From contig CAMOWQ010000001.1 in NCBI GenBank assembly GCA_946628495.1, positions 3,964 through 67,963 on the forward strand: 64,000 nucleotides of DNA. The letters are read 5' to 3'. Of the stretch, positions 8,889 through 18,477 are shown one piece after another. The DNA is from an uncultured Treponema sp. (GTDB lineage Bacteria > Spirochaetota > Spirochaetia > Treponematales > Treponemataceae). The translations under genes and the position numbers were made by a program. Every line of letters begins with the position of its first letter. The first letter of the stretch is position 1. The notes below the pieces were generated by a model. The model did no database searches, had not been told where the DNA came from, and saw only the letters and a list, made by a program, of their open reading frames with translations.

Positions 8889-9317
8889 TTATTCATCATC
8901 CATCTCTTTCAATTTTTTGTTCATTTTATCTGCGGTGCTTGCATCGACTTTGTAAAAGAAAATCATTACAAGGCTGTAAGTGCAAATAATTACGCATTCA
9001 ATAGAAACAAGGGAAGCTATTCTTGTAAAGTTTATCCATCCAAGAAGCAAAGCTATCACCACGGTCGTAATGTTTATTCCCAAAAAATACAGAACATTCA
9101 TTATAACCCACTGAGTTTTTGAAAAATCTTTGTCGGCTAAAAAAGGAATATACATAAGGGTGTCTAAAAGTGCTATTGCAATAAGACAGAGCAAATCAAT
9201 TACCGAAACTTTTGCATTGCTCCCGGACAAAATTAACTGCATGATTGAATCAAAAATAATTATGGCAGTTAAAATCCGTGTGAAAAGTGTGATTAAAAAA
9301 TTTATTTTTTCTTTCAT
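8889..9317 (-). CDS. Four-TM membrane protein (DUF3021-like), probable LytTR-system inhibitor
   Basis: Four hydrophobic helices, C-terminal ADKMNKKL; directly downstream of a stand-alone LytTR gene. Confidence 0.7.
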   Translation of the reverse strand: MKEKINFLITLFTRILTAIIIFDSIMQLILSGSNAKVSVIDLLCLIAIALLDTLMYIPFLADKDFSKTQWVIMNVLYFLGINITTVVIALLLGWINFTRIASLVSIECVIICTYSLVMIFFYKVDASTADKMNKKLKEMDDE

Positions 9318-9399
9318 ATAATCCTCTGAAAATCTAATCCCCTGGAAATCAATAAATCAACTCTGTGCTTTTTTTGCAAAATGACTGTAATGCAGTTTG

Positions 9400-9837
9400 T
9401 TAAAGCCCCAAAAGTTCCTTTAATTTTGGAACATAGTTTCTGGAAATAATTACACGATAACCGTTTTTAAGAATAGCTTCAAAACGACCTCCGAATGCAG
9501 GAGAAAGGCTTTTTATTTTGTTTACGTTTACAATCACCGCTTTGTTTGCCCTGAAAAAATTCTTTGAAGGTAAAATTTCTTCCAGTTCATACAGTTTGAA
9601 TTTTGTTTCCAGGGCATCTTCCAAAGTATACGCAAAAACCTTGTCATCAACCGATTCAAAAAACAGAATGTCCTTCTTTTCTACAAGAATAATGTTGTTA
9701 TCCTTGCTAAAATTCATTTTTGAACTTCCGTTTTTTAGCTGATTCAGAAGAAGCGTCAAATCTTCGTCCAAAAAATTGCACTTTACGATAATTTCGTCTT
9801 CTTCTCCAGGTGCATTTTCTAAAATCGTTATTTTCAT
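9400..9837 (-). CDS. Stand-alone LytTR DNA-binding regulator
   Basis: ILFFESVDDKVFAY, KLYELEE, FFRANKAVIVN, ISRNYVPKLKELLG; no receiver domain. Confidence 0.9.
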   Translation of the reverse strand: MKITILENAPGEEDEIIVKCNFLDEDLTLLLNQLKNGSSKMNFSKDNNIILVEKKDILFFESVDDKVFAYTLEDALETKFKLYELEEILPSKNFFRANKAVIVNVNKIKSLSPAFGGRFEAILKNGYRVIISRNYVPKLKELLGL

Positions 9838-9843
9838 CGATAT

Positions 9844-10923
9844 TTATTTTAACTCTAAAACTACCTTGCTGTCATATTTTTCTTTGAAAAAATAAGTGAT
9901 TTTTTGATTTTCGGGTTCAAAAACTGCGCTCCATACCGTAAGTTCATCATATCCGTACTGGCCGGCGCTTACCGATTTTAATACGCCCGCAACTTCATCA
10001 GCAGACATTTTTCCAGCAGCCGCCTTTGAACTTTCTGCAAGTTTTTCCAATCGGGAACGTGAATTTCCGTTTTCTTCATTTTTTCCGTCATCTTTTTTAG
10101 GAGATTCAGTTACATAATGATTTGTAAGAACATTTGTTTCTTTTACAAACATCTGATTATTTGCCCATTCTACGGCAACCGCTTTTCCAGTTTTATCTGC
10201 AATTGCAAAATGATGTTCACGACCGATTACAGAATGCATATCGTGATTTTCCAAAAGCTTGAGTGCTTCGTCTACTGTTGCCGCTTTATCTAGAACAAGA
10301 CGGATTGCATCTGTTGTTGTAACATTTACATTTCCGCGTTCCTGATTTGTCGGTTCTTCATTTTCGCCGCCTACAATAAGATCTGCAATATAAAGTCCTT
10401 TTTCATTCATTCCATCCATTGGAACATAAATTGCAGGAAGAAGGAAAATATCTTTAAAAAACGTTCCGCTCGGTTCCCAGTCTTCTCCAATGCCGATGTG
10501 CGAAAGACAGCAGGTCGAAATTGATTCGTAACCATTATTCGGTTTTGTATGAACAACCAGAACTTTGCAATCTTTCCAGTCGTAATTTCGTCCAAAAATA
10601 TTATTTACGGCAATCGAACTGCATCCAAAATCAACCGGAGTAATTTTTACCTGCTTTGCTTTTTTATCCTGATTTGAAGGACTTTTCCACATTCCTTTTT
10701 GCAGCTGTCGGCTCAAAAAACCACTTAATTCATCAATATTTCTAGCCCCACCCTGTTCAAGATAACTGTCAAATCCGTAATCACCTTCAAACTCCATAAA
10801 ATAAACGCCGTCATCAATTTTTTTAATTGACTGAACGGCTTCAACTTCATCCTTGTATTTACATGATGAAATTGAAAAACTCAACGCAAAAACCAAACCT
10901 GAAAAAATCTGTGAAATCTTCAT
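9844..10923 (-). CDS. Linear amide C-N hydrolase (choloylglycine hydrolase/Ntn family) lipoprotein
   Basis: Lipobox ISSC; FGCSS nucleophile, GRNYDW, DGMNEKGL, HFAIAD, TNH, TVWSAVF. Confidence 0.8.
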   Translation of the reverse strand: MKISQIFSGLVFALSFSISSCKYKDEVEAVQSIKKIDDGVYFMEFEGDYGFDSYLEQGGARNIDELSGFLSRQLQKGMWKSPSNQDKKAKQVKITPVDFGCSSIAVNNIFGRNYDWKDCKVLVVHTKPNNGYESISTCCLSHIGIGEDWEPSGTFFKDIFLLPAIYVPMDGMNEKGLYIADLIVGGENEEPTNQERGNVNVTTTDAIRLVLDKAATVDEALKLLENHDMHSVIGREHHFAIADKTGKAVAVEWANNQMFVKETNVLTNHYVTESPKKDDGKNEENGNSRSRLEKLAESSKAAAGKMSADEVAGVLKSVSAGQYGYDELTVWSAVFEPENQKITYFFKEKYDSKVVLELK

Positions 10924-10938
10924 AATACCTCCTGTGAG

Positions 10939-11036
10939 AGCCCGCTGGCGGGCTGTGTTCTATTGAAAAGCGTTAAAAAAATTGCGCAGGCAATTTTTAG
11001 CTTATCCTACTTTGTAAGGCCGCCCGGCAGGCGGCC
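10939..11036. repeat. Intergenic cluster of three hairpins (REP/MITE-like or structured 5' UTR)
   Basis: AGCCCGC-tg-GCGGGCT; TAAAAAAATTGC-gcag-GCAATTTTTAG; GGCCGCC-cggca-GGCGGCC. Confidence 0.55.
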
Positions 11037-11048
11037 GATGATGTTTTG

Positions 11049-11119
11049 AGTGTAAGTCCCCTTTAAAAAATCCGCAATCCGCAAATCGGTAAGATGCATT
11101 TTAAGGCAGGTAAAATGCA
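11049..11119 (-). promoter_or_regulatory. Putative LytTR-binding direct repeats and -10 of the hydrolase-lytTR operon
   Basis: On the minus strand, TGCATTTTACC and TGCATCTTACC with 21-bp period (11109-11119, 11088-11098), then TACACT (11054-11049) with no good -35. Confidence 0.55.
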
Positions 11120-11133
11120 CAGAAAAATGCATA

Positions 11134-11162
11134 TTGACACCACACCCCATTTTTGTGATAAT
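11134..11162 (+). promoter_or_regulatory. Sigma70-type promoter of gltD-purF
   Basis: TTGACA (11134-11139), 17 nt, GATAAT with an extended TG. Confidence 0.7.
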
Positions 11163-11171
11163 AAAATCATT

Positions 11172-11236
11172 ACGGCAAAGAGGTCGTAGATAAATTTTTG
11201 CAAACCGCGAAATTTTATCTACGACCTCTTTTTTTT
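11172..11236 (+). promoter_or_regulatory. gltD leader attenuator: ANTAR-like hairpin plus intrinsic terminator
   Basis: ACGGC-AAAGAG-GTCGT; long stem AAAGAGGTCGTAGATAAA...TTTATCTACGACCTCTTT plus T8. The first 21 nt are identical to the gltB leader. Confidence 0.75.
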
Positions 11237-11251
11237 ATCCGGAGGCATAAA

Positions 11252-12826
11252 ATGGCAAAACCAACAGGATTCATTGAATATACTCGTGTAGAAAACGGAA
11301 ATATCCCACCGCTGCAACGTATAACGAATTTTAAGGAATTTCATCCAAAACTTGACGACAACGCCCGACGTGAACAGGCAGCTAGATGCATGAACTGCGG
11401 AGTACCGATGTGTCAGAGTGCAATCAAACTTTCGGGGATGGTTACAGGATGCCCGCTTCATAATTATATTCCTGAATGGAACGATGCACTTTTTAAAGCT
11501 CAATATGATATGGCAGCATGGCGGCTTTTAAAAACTTCAAGCTTCCCGGAATTTACAGGACGTGTTTGCCCGGCTTTGTGCGAAAAAGCATGCAATCTTG
11601 GACGCGACGACTTTGGTGCAGTTACAGTACACGACAATGAACTTTATATAATTGAACATGCCTTTGCTTCTGGTTACATGCAGCCTACTCCACCAAAACA
11701 TCGTTCAGGGAAAAAAATTGCCGTTATAGGTTCAGGACCAAGTGGACTTGCCTGTGCAGACTGGCTTAACAGACGCGGACACAATGTTACGGTTTTTGAA
11801 CGCGAAGACAAAGCTGGCGGACTTTTAATGTACGGTATTCCAAACATGAAGCTTGAAAAATCAATTATAGAACGCCGCATAGATTTAATGAAAAAAGAAG
11901 GTGTAGAATTCATTTTTAATGCAGATGTCGGACATTCAGTTTCTGCTGAACATATACTTGAAGAATTCGACGCCGTTGCATTGTGTTGTGGTGCAAAAAA
12001 AGCGCGTAGACTTAATGCATTAGGAATAGACGGAATAAAAACCAGCAGAAACGGTGCAGACGGTGGCGTTATGTTTGCCGTTGATTTTCTTAAAGAAGTT
12101 ACAAAAAGCGTGCTTGCAACAAGCAGTGCACTTGAACAGTTAAATATTACTCCTGCAAATACTCAGATTGCACAGGTTCTTCTGGAAAAATCAGGCATAG
12201 AAATTGCAGGTAAGAATGTAATAATTGTAGGTGGCGGCGATACAGGAAACGACTGCTGTGGTTCTTCAATAAGACTTGGATGCAGCAGCGTAACACAAAT
12301 AGAAATGATGCCTTGTCCACCTGTAGATCGAGGCGCAAACAATCCATGGCCAGAATGGCCTAAAATATTAAAAGTTGATTACGGTGCAGAAGAAAGCATT
12401 GCAAAATTTGGACATGACCCGCGTATTTACGAAACAACTGTAAAAGAAGTATTCAGTAATGACGGCCATATTACGGCAGTAAAAACTGTAGAAGTTGAAT
12501 TTAAAATAATCGATGGAAAACGTCAGCTTGTAGAACGCGAAGGAACAGAAAAAACATTGCCATGCGATCTTCTTCTTATTGCAGCAGGTTTTGTAGGATG
12601 CGAAGAATATACAGCACTTGCGTTCGGTACAGAATTAGGCGAACGAGGAACTGTAAAAACTGTATTACCGGAAGGATACCAGACTGCAAATCCACAGATA
12701 TTTTCTGCCGGGGACATGAGACGTGGACAATCACTTGTTGTATGGGCAATTGCAGAAGGCCGTGAATGTGCCCGCCAGATTGATGAATTTGTAATGAATG
12801 CATGTAAGGAAAAAATCGGGGCATAA
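11252..12826 (+). CDS. gltD: Glutamate synthase small subunit
   Basis: MAKPTGF, ARCMNCGVP, GCPLHN, GRVCPALCE, GSGPSG, GGGDTGNDC, AGDMRRGQSLVVWAIAEGR. RBS GGAGG before ATG 11252. Confidence 0.96.
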   Translation: MAKPTGFIEYTRVENGNIPPLQRITNFKEFHPKLDDNARREQAARCMNCGVPMCQSAIKLSGMVTGCPLHNYIPEWNDALFKAQYDMAAWRLLKTSSFPEFTGRVCPALCEKACNLGRDDFGAVTVHDNELYIIEHAFASGYMQPTPPKHRSGKKIAVIGSGPSGLACADWLNRRGHNVTVFEREDKAGGLLMYGIPNMKLEKSIIERRIDLMKKEGVEFIFNADVGHSVSAEHILEEFDAVALCCGAKKARRLNALGIDGIKTSRNGADGGVMFAVDFLKEVTKSVLATSSALEQLNITPANTQIAQVLLEKSGIEIAGKNVIIVGGGDTGNDCCGSSIRLGCSSVTQIEMMPCPPVDRGANNPWPEWPKILKVDYGAEESIAKFGHDPRIYETTVKEVFSNDGHITAVKTVEVEFKIIDGKRQLVEREGTEKTLPCDLLLIAAGFVGCEEYTALAFGTELGERGTVKTVLPEGYQTANPQIFSAGDMRRGQSLVVWAIAEGRECARQIDEFVMNACKEKIGA

Positions 12827-12827
12827 A

Positions 12828-14258
12828 ATGGAAAATGATAAATTCAAAGATGAATGTGGTGTAGCAGGCATTTTCGGGATGGACAATGCCTCTCAACTTA
12901 CCTACTATGCACTTTCAAGCCTTCAGCACAGAGGACAGGAAAGCGCAGGAATTGCAGTAAGCAACGGAAACAAAATTTCCTTATATAAAAATCTTGGTTT
13001 AGTAAGTGATATTTTTAAAAACGAACATCTGCAAAATCTTACAGGAAATATTTCAGTAGGACATGTACGTTATGCAACTGCCGGCGGACGTACAATTGAT
13101 AACGCACAGCCATTTTTGAATTCATTTAAATTCGGTTCAATTGCACTTGCTCATAATGGACAGCTTGTAAATCATGCGGAATTAAGGGCAATGCTCGAAG
13201 ATTCAGGCAGTACATTTTTAAGTTCAAGCGATTCAGAAGTAATATTAAAAATGATTGTCCGCAAATACATAGAAAACGGTGGTAAACCGGGAAGCGGAAA
13301 TCATCCTAATAATTCTAATCCAAATACAGAAAATGATGACAGCGTTTTTGTAACCGCCGTAATTCAGGCAATGCAGACAATAAAAGGTTCCTTTGCACTC
13401 TGCATAATGACAGAAGACAAACTGATTGCAGTACGCGATCCAAACGGAATCCGCCCGCTTTGTCTTGGTAAAATTGACGATTCAACAGAATCATACATTG
13501 TAGCTTCAGAAACCTGTGCAATTGATGCAGTAAACGGAACTTTTTTACGCAACATAGAACCTGGCGAAATAGTAATTATTGATAAAAACGGATTGCGTTC
13601 AGTTAAATATGAAAAAGCTGCAAAACAGACCTGCATTTTTGAATATGTATATTTTGCACGTCCTGACAGCGAAATTGACGGCATTGCAGTTCAGAACGCA
13701 CGTTATAAAATGGGCGAAATCCTTGCAGAAGAAAGTTCTGTTGATGCAGACGTTGTAATTGGCGTACCAGACAGCGGAATTGGTGCTGCAATGGGTTATG
13801 CAAGGGCAAGCAGAATTCCATACGTTACAGGCATCGTAAAAAACAAATACATCGGCAGAACATTTATTGCCCCAACTCAAAAAGAACGCGAAAACATGGT
13901 TTTTGTAAAATTAAATGCCATTAAAAGCGATTTGCAGGATAAACGAGTTATTGTCATAGATGATTCAATTGTACGCGGAACAACAAGCCGTAGACTTGTG
14001 CAAATTCTTCGACGGGCAGGTGCAAAAGAAGTTCATTTTAGGGTAAGTTCTCCGCAGGTAAAATTTCCATGTCATCTTGGAATAGATACACCAAGCAAAG
14101 GTGAATTAATTTCCAGCACTCATGAACTTGAAGAAATACGCAAAGAAATTGGAGCCGATTCTCTTGCATTCATTTCTCTTGAAGGCATGTTAAAAGCCTT
14201 AAGTCAAAACGGAACAGGTTTCTGCACTGGCTGTTTTAGCGGACAATATCCGGTATAA
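12828..14258 (+). CDS. purF: Amidophosphoribosyltransferase
   Basis: Propeptide plus ECGV, LQHRGQE, GHVRY, AHNG, CIFEYVYFARPDS, DDSIVRGTT, C-terminal CTGCF. Confidence 0.95.
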   Translation: MENDKFKDECGVAGIFGMDNASQLTYYALSSLQHRGQESAGIAVSNGNKISLYKNLGLVSDIFKNEHLQNLTGNISVGHVRYATAGGRTIDNAQPFLNSFKFGSIALAHNGQLVNHAELRAMLEDSGSTFLSSSDSEVILKMIVRKYIENGGKPGSGNHPNNSNPNTENDDSVFVTAVIQAMQTIKGSFALCIMTEDKLIAVRDPNGIRPLCLGKIDDSTESYIVASETCAIDAVNGTFLRNIEPGEIVIIDKNGLRSVKYEKAAKQTCIFEYVYFARPDSEIDGIAVQNARYKMGEILAEESSVDADVVIGVPDSGIGAAMGYARASRIPYVTGIVKNKYIGRTFIAPTQKERENMVFVKLNAIKSDLQDKRVIVIDDSIVRGTTSRRLVQILRRAGAKEVHFRVSSPQVKFPCHLGIDTPSKGELISSTHELEEIRKEIGADSLAFISLEGMLKALSQNGTGFCTGCFSGQYPV

Positions 14259-14359
14259 AACGTTTATTGCACAAAAAGATTCCTTGTATAAAAAGTTCGT
14301 TTGATTTACATACATTTTTTTGATAAACTAACACACGTTAGTTGACGATAAAAACATAT

Positions 14360-15034
14360 ATGAGTCGCAAGAATATTTCAAAAGAAAAAATAATACAGGC
14401 CTTTTTAACTTCAGCTTTTGACAAAAGTGCGGGTGCAACATCCCTCGCCGATATTTCGGAATGCCTGGAAATAAAAAAAGCATCTCTTTACAATCACTTC
14501 GAAAACCGTGATGCAATGTACGAAGCAACAGTAGAATTCTGCATGAAGGAAATTCTTTCAATTTCATTTTTAACTGACAAAATTCTTGAAACAATCAAAA
14601 ACGGCAAAACCTCAATTAACGGAACATTTAAAAAATTAACATCAAGATTTCTAAATCTTTATGAATCAGAACCTTTGTTTCAAATGTACGTCTTTATTCA
14701 GACCGAAAAATATTTTTATACACCAGCCCTTGAATGCATCACTGCAGAAAACGAAAAAATTACGGACGAAATAAAACGGCTTTTATCGGCATTTGCAGAA
14801 GTCGGACGTTTTCCTAAAAAAAGCGAAAAAGAATTCAAAGAAATTGCACAACTAATAACAACAATCCTTATTCAACGAAGAGATTTTTATGTATCCATGC
14901 GAAAAGAAACAATCAGACAGAATCCGGAAAGCGGGGTTGGTTCGCTGTTTGCCCTTCCTCCAGACGAACAGGGCATTGCACTTGCATGTAAATCTGTTGA
15001 ACAGACAATCGGATTGTATTCGCGCGAAAAATAA
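14360..15034 (+). CDS. TetR/AcrR family regulator
   Basis: N-terminal HTH TSLADISECLEIKKASLYNHFENRD. Confidence 0.85.
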   Translation: MSRKNISKEKIIQAFLTSAFDKSAGATSLADISECLEIKKASLYNHFENRDAMYEATVEFCMKEILSISFLTDKILETIKNGKTSINGTFKKLTSRFLNLYESEPLFQMYVFIQTEKYFYTPALECITAENEKITDEIKRLLSAFAEVGRFPKKSEKEFKEIAQLITTILIQRRDFYVSMRKETIRQNPESGVGSLFALPPDEQGIALACKSVEQTIGLYSREK

Positions 15035-15147
15035 GGCATACTGTCGAATATCATAAAATAGATTTTGCATTGATTCAGACATATAATCGGGCAGACATCA
15101 ATCAGCCAGATGATATATACAAAACAAACTATATTTCGAGGTAAAAA

Positions 15148-15945
15148 ATGGACTTTTCTATTGGAATAATTGGAACAGGTGCAATGGGCGGCGCAATCAT
15201 GCGTTCCGTTTGCAAAAAATTCGATGTAAAAAAAATCAGGGTTACTGATAAAAATGCTAAAATGGCACAGGATTTTGCAAAAGAAAACGGATGCATTTAC
15301 GAAGACAGCAACAGCAAGGTTGTTAAAAATTCAAAATACATTTTTATTGCAGTAAAACCTCAGTTTATTGCAGAAGTTTTTGAAGAAATAAAAAATGATA
15401 TTTCTAAAGACTCCGTAGTTATTTCCATGGCAGCTGGCGTTGCAATAAGCAGGCTCGAAAGACTGGCACCAGATGCCCGTTTTGTAAGGATGATGCCGAA
15501 TGTATGCGCTCAGATTGGTGAAGCAATGACAGCCATAACATGCGGTTCAAATATCACAGAGGAAGAACTTGCAGATGTAAAATCAATTCTTGAAAGTGCA
15601 GGCAAAGTTGAACAAATTCCAGAAAAACTTATGGATTGTGTTACAGCAGTAAGCGGTTCAGGGCCAGCTTTTGTATTTATGTTTATAGAAGCACTTGCAG
15701 ATGCAGCTGTTCGTTGCGGAATGCCTAGAGCTCAGGCCTACACCTACGCTGCACAGACTGTAAAAGGTTCGGCAGCACTTGTACTCGAAAGCGGAAAACA
15801 TCCTGCAGTTTTAAAAGATTCAGTCTGTTCACCGGCAGGAACGACAATCGAAGGTGTTGCTGCCCTCGAAGAAAACGGATTTAGAAATGCAGTTATAAAA
15901 GCCGTAACCGCAGCATGCGACAAATCAATCGCATTGGGAAAATAA
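15148..15945 (+). CDS. proC: Pyrroline-5-carboxylate reductase
   Basis: GTGAMG, AVKPQ, RMMPN, SGSGPAF, VCSPAGTTIEG. Confidence 0.95.
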   Translation: MDFSIGIIGTGAMGGAIMRSVCKKFDVKKIRVTDKNAKMAQDFAKENGCIYEDSNSKVVKNSKYIFIAVKPQFIAEVFEEIKNDISKDSVVISMAAGVAISRLERLAPDARFVRMMPNVCAQIGEAMTAITCGSNITEEELADVKSILESAGKVEQIPEKLMDCVTAVSGSGPAFVFMFIEALADAAVRCGMPRAQAYTYAAQTVKGSAALVLESGKHPAVLKDSVCSPAGTTIEGVAALEENGFRNAVIKAVTAACDKSIALGK

Positions 15946-15950
15946 AAATC

Positions 15951-17324
15951 CTACTGCTGCTTTTTCAATTTTCTGAAGAACCACAAAGCATAAGGAACGG
16001 CAGTTACAACACTTAAAAAATCTGCAGTTGCCTGGGAAATTACGACACCGTTCAACCCTAGCAGCTGCGGTAAAATAAGGATTGCAGGTATAAAATAAAC
16101 GCCCTGACGGTTGCACGAAAGGAATGTCGAAGATTTGATGTTTCCAGTAGACTGCAAAAGCATATTAGTACCGACGATTATCGGATGCAAAGGAAGGACG
16201 CAAGCCTGCCACCTTAACGCGGCAGTTCCAATACGAACAGCATCAGAATCATTTATAAAAGAATGCATAATCTGCCCCGCAAAAATGCAGCAGATTGCAG
16301 AAAGAACTCCAAGAACAACCATTCCAGATAAAACCATAAATCTATAGGCAGCTTTTACACGGTCATAACGTTTTGCACCATAATTGTATCCTGAAACAGG
16401 AGTAAAGCCCTGTCCAATTCCAATCATAATAGAAGCTATAAACATTATGATTTTTGTTGCGATTGACATTGCGGCAATTGCAGAATCACCATAAGAACCG
16501 GCAGTTTTATTCAATAAAATTGTTGCAATACTTGCGAGTCCCTGTCGTGCAAGAGAAGGCATACCTGTTCCTGCAATAGAAGCAAGAAGTTTCGGGCTTC
16601 CAAAATTAAGGATGCTCATTCTACAGATTGCCTTGCGTCTTATAAACCAGCTGAGCAAAATCGTAAAACCAACTGCCTGACTTACAAAGGTTGCAAGGGC
16701 AGCCCCACGAATTCCAAGATTCATTGCATAAATAAAAATCGGATCAAGTATGATGTTCAGAATACCTCCGGAAGTAAGGGCAATCATAGAAAAAAATGCT
16801 TTACCTTCGGAACGCAAAACATTATTCAGTACAAACGAGGCACACATAAAAGGCGCACCCCAGAAAATATATCGTGAATATTCGCGTGCATACGGTAAAA
16901 CTGTATCGGATGCACCAACAAGTTCCAGAAAAGTATCTGCAAAAATATTTCCGAACAAAGCCATAAGAAGACCAATGCCTATTGCAGTAAAAAATGCAGT
17001 GGAAGCTATTTTAGATGCCTGTTCGTTCTGTTTTTCTCCAAGACGGCGGGAAATCAAACTGCCAGAGCCCATGCCAAGCGTAAAACCGCAGGCCTGTATT
17101 ATGGACATAATCGGAAAAACTATACCGACAGCGGCAGAACTTTGAGTATTGATGTGCGATACAAAAAAAGTATCTGCCATATTGTAAATTGCCGTTACAA
17201 GCATTGAAATTACAGTTGGAATTGCAAGGGAAATAATCAGTTTAGAAACAGGAGTGTTAACCATACGGTCAAACTGTTCTTCGGCGGATGCAGAGTTCTT
17301 TATATTCATATCCAAATTATACAT
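15951..17324 (-). CDS. MATE family efflux transporter
   Basis: LAIPTVISM, YNMADTFFV, NIILDPIFI, GIRGAALAT; about 12 TM helices. Confidence 0.92.
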   Translation of the reverse strand: MYNLDMNIKNSASAEEQFDRMVNTPVSKLIISLAIPTVISMLVTAIYNMADTFFVSHINTQSSAAVGIVFPIMSIIQACGFTLGMGSGSLISRRLGEKQNEQASKIASTAFFTAIGIGLLMALFGNIFADTFLELVGASDTVLPYAREYSRYIFWGAPFMCASFVLNNVLRSEGKAFFSMIALTSGGILNIILDPIFIYAMNLGIRGAALATFVSQAVGFTILLSWFIRRKAICRMSILNFGSPKLLASIAGTGMPSLARQGLASIATILLNKTAGSYGDSAIAAMSIATKIIMFIASIMIGIGQGFTPVSGYNYGAKRYDRVKAAYRFMVLSGMVVLGVLSAICCIFAGQIMHSFINDSDAVRIGTAALRWQACVLPLHPIIVGTNMLLQSTGNIKSSTFLSCNRQGVYFIPAILILPQLLGLNGVVISQATADFLSVVTAVPYALWFFRKLKKQQ

Positions 17325-17386
17325 TAAAGTGATTTTTATGTCTTTTGAAAAAAAATAAAAAACGGTAAACTCATCAGCATATTATT

Positions 17387-18172
17387 ATGAAGAAAAATGT
17401 TTTTTTTGAAGGATTCCGTGACGGAATACCTATTGGACTTGGATATTTTGCAGTTGCGTTTTCGCTTGGAATTGTTGCACAGAATGCAGGACTTACACCA
17501 ATTCAGGGATTTATTGCAAGTTTTTTGAACGTTGCCTCTGCCGGTGAATATGCGCTTTTTACTTCCATACAGGCAGGCGTTTCTTATGCAGAAGTTGCAA
17601 TCATAACGCTGGTTGTAAATGCCAGATACCTTCTTATGAGCTGTTCACTAAGTCAGAAATTCAGTACCGAAACACCGATGATTCACCGCTTTTTAGTAGG
17701 ATTCGGAATAACTGATGAAATATTTGGAATTTCAGTTGCAAGGGAAGGAAAATTAAATCCTTTGTATAATTACGGGGCAATTGCAATATCCGTTCCTTTA
17801 TGGAGTCTTGGAACATCACTTGGAATAATTGCAGGCAATTTTTTACCGGCAAGGATTGTAAGCGCACTTTCAGTCGCTCTTTACGGCATGTTTCTTGCAA
17901 TAATCATTCCACCTGCTAAAAAAGACCTTATTATTGCAGCAGCCGTTGCAATAAGTTTTGGAGCAAGTTTTGCCTGTTCAAAGCTGCCATATATAAGAGA
18001 ACTTTCGGGCGGTACAAGAACAATCATTCTTACAATTGTGATTGCAGCAATTGCAGCATTAATAAAACCTGTTAAAGATGAAGATTCGGAAAATTCAGCT
18101 CATAAAGAATCTGCACAAGAAAATTCAGACAGCACATCACAAAATAATACTAACCAGGAGGCAAACTCATGA
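17387..18172 (+). CDS. azlC: AzlC family branched-chain amino acid permease
   Basis: GIPIGLGYF, VNARYLLM, ITDEIF. Confidence 0.85.
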   Translation: MKKNVFFEGFRDGIPIGLGYFAVAFSLGIVAQNAGLTPIQGFIASFLNVASAGEYALFTSIQAGVSYAEVAIITLVVNARYLLMSCSLSQKFSTETPMIHRFLVGFGITDEIFGISVAREGKLNPLYNYGAIAISVPLWSLGTSLGIIAGNFLPARIVSALSVALYGMFLAIIIPPAKKDLIIAAAVAISFGASFACSKLPYIRELSGGTRTIILTIVIAAIAALIKPVKDEDSENSAHKESAQENSDSTSQNNTNQEANS

Positions 18173-18477
18173 ACAAAAATCCATATTTTTACATTCTTAC
18201 CGCTTTTGCAGTTTCTTATTTAATAAGAGTTCTGCCGCTTACATTGATTCGCCGGCCAATTAAAAATACATTCATCCGTTCTTTTCTGTTTTACGTGCCT
18301 TATGTAACGCTTGCAGTAATGACCTTCCCCGCAATCATACAGGCAACACAATCCACGGCTGCTGGTATAATTGCGCTTGCAGTTGGAATTATCCTTTCGT
18401 TTATTGGACTTGGACTTTTTCCCGTTGCGTGTGCCTGCTGTGTCGTAGTTTTTATTGCTGAATTATTTTTGTGCTGA
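18169..18477 (+). CDS. azlD: AzlD domain membrane protein
   Basis: SYLIRVLP, FLFYVPY; overlaps the azlC stop (ATGA). Confidence 0.8.
   Translation: MNKNPYFYILTAFAVSYLIRVLPLTLIRRPIKNTFIRSFLFYVPYVTLAVMTFPAIIQATQSTAAGIIALAVGIILSFIGLGLFPVACACCVVVFIAELFLC

Noticed and set aside
13270-13345. Asn/Gly-rich insert in PurF (and AT-rich inserts in GltD and GlmS)
   Set aside because: No palindromic structure or similarity to the GC-rich element; treated as ordinary loop variation.
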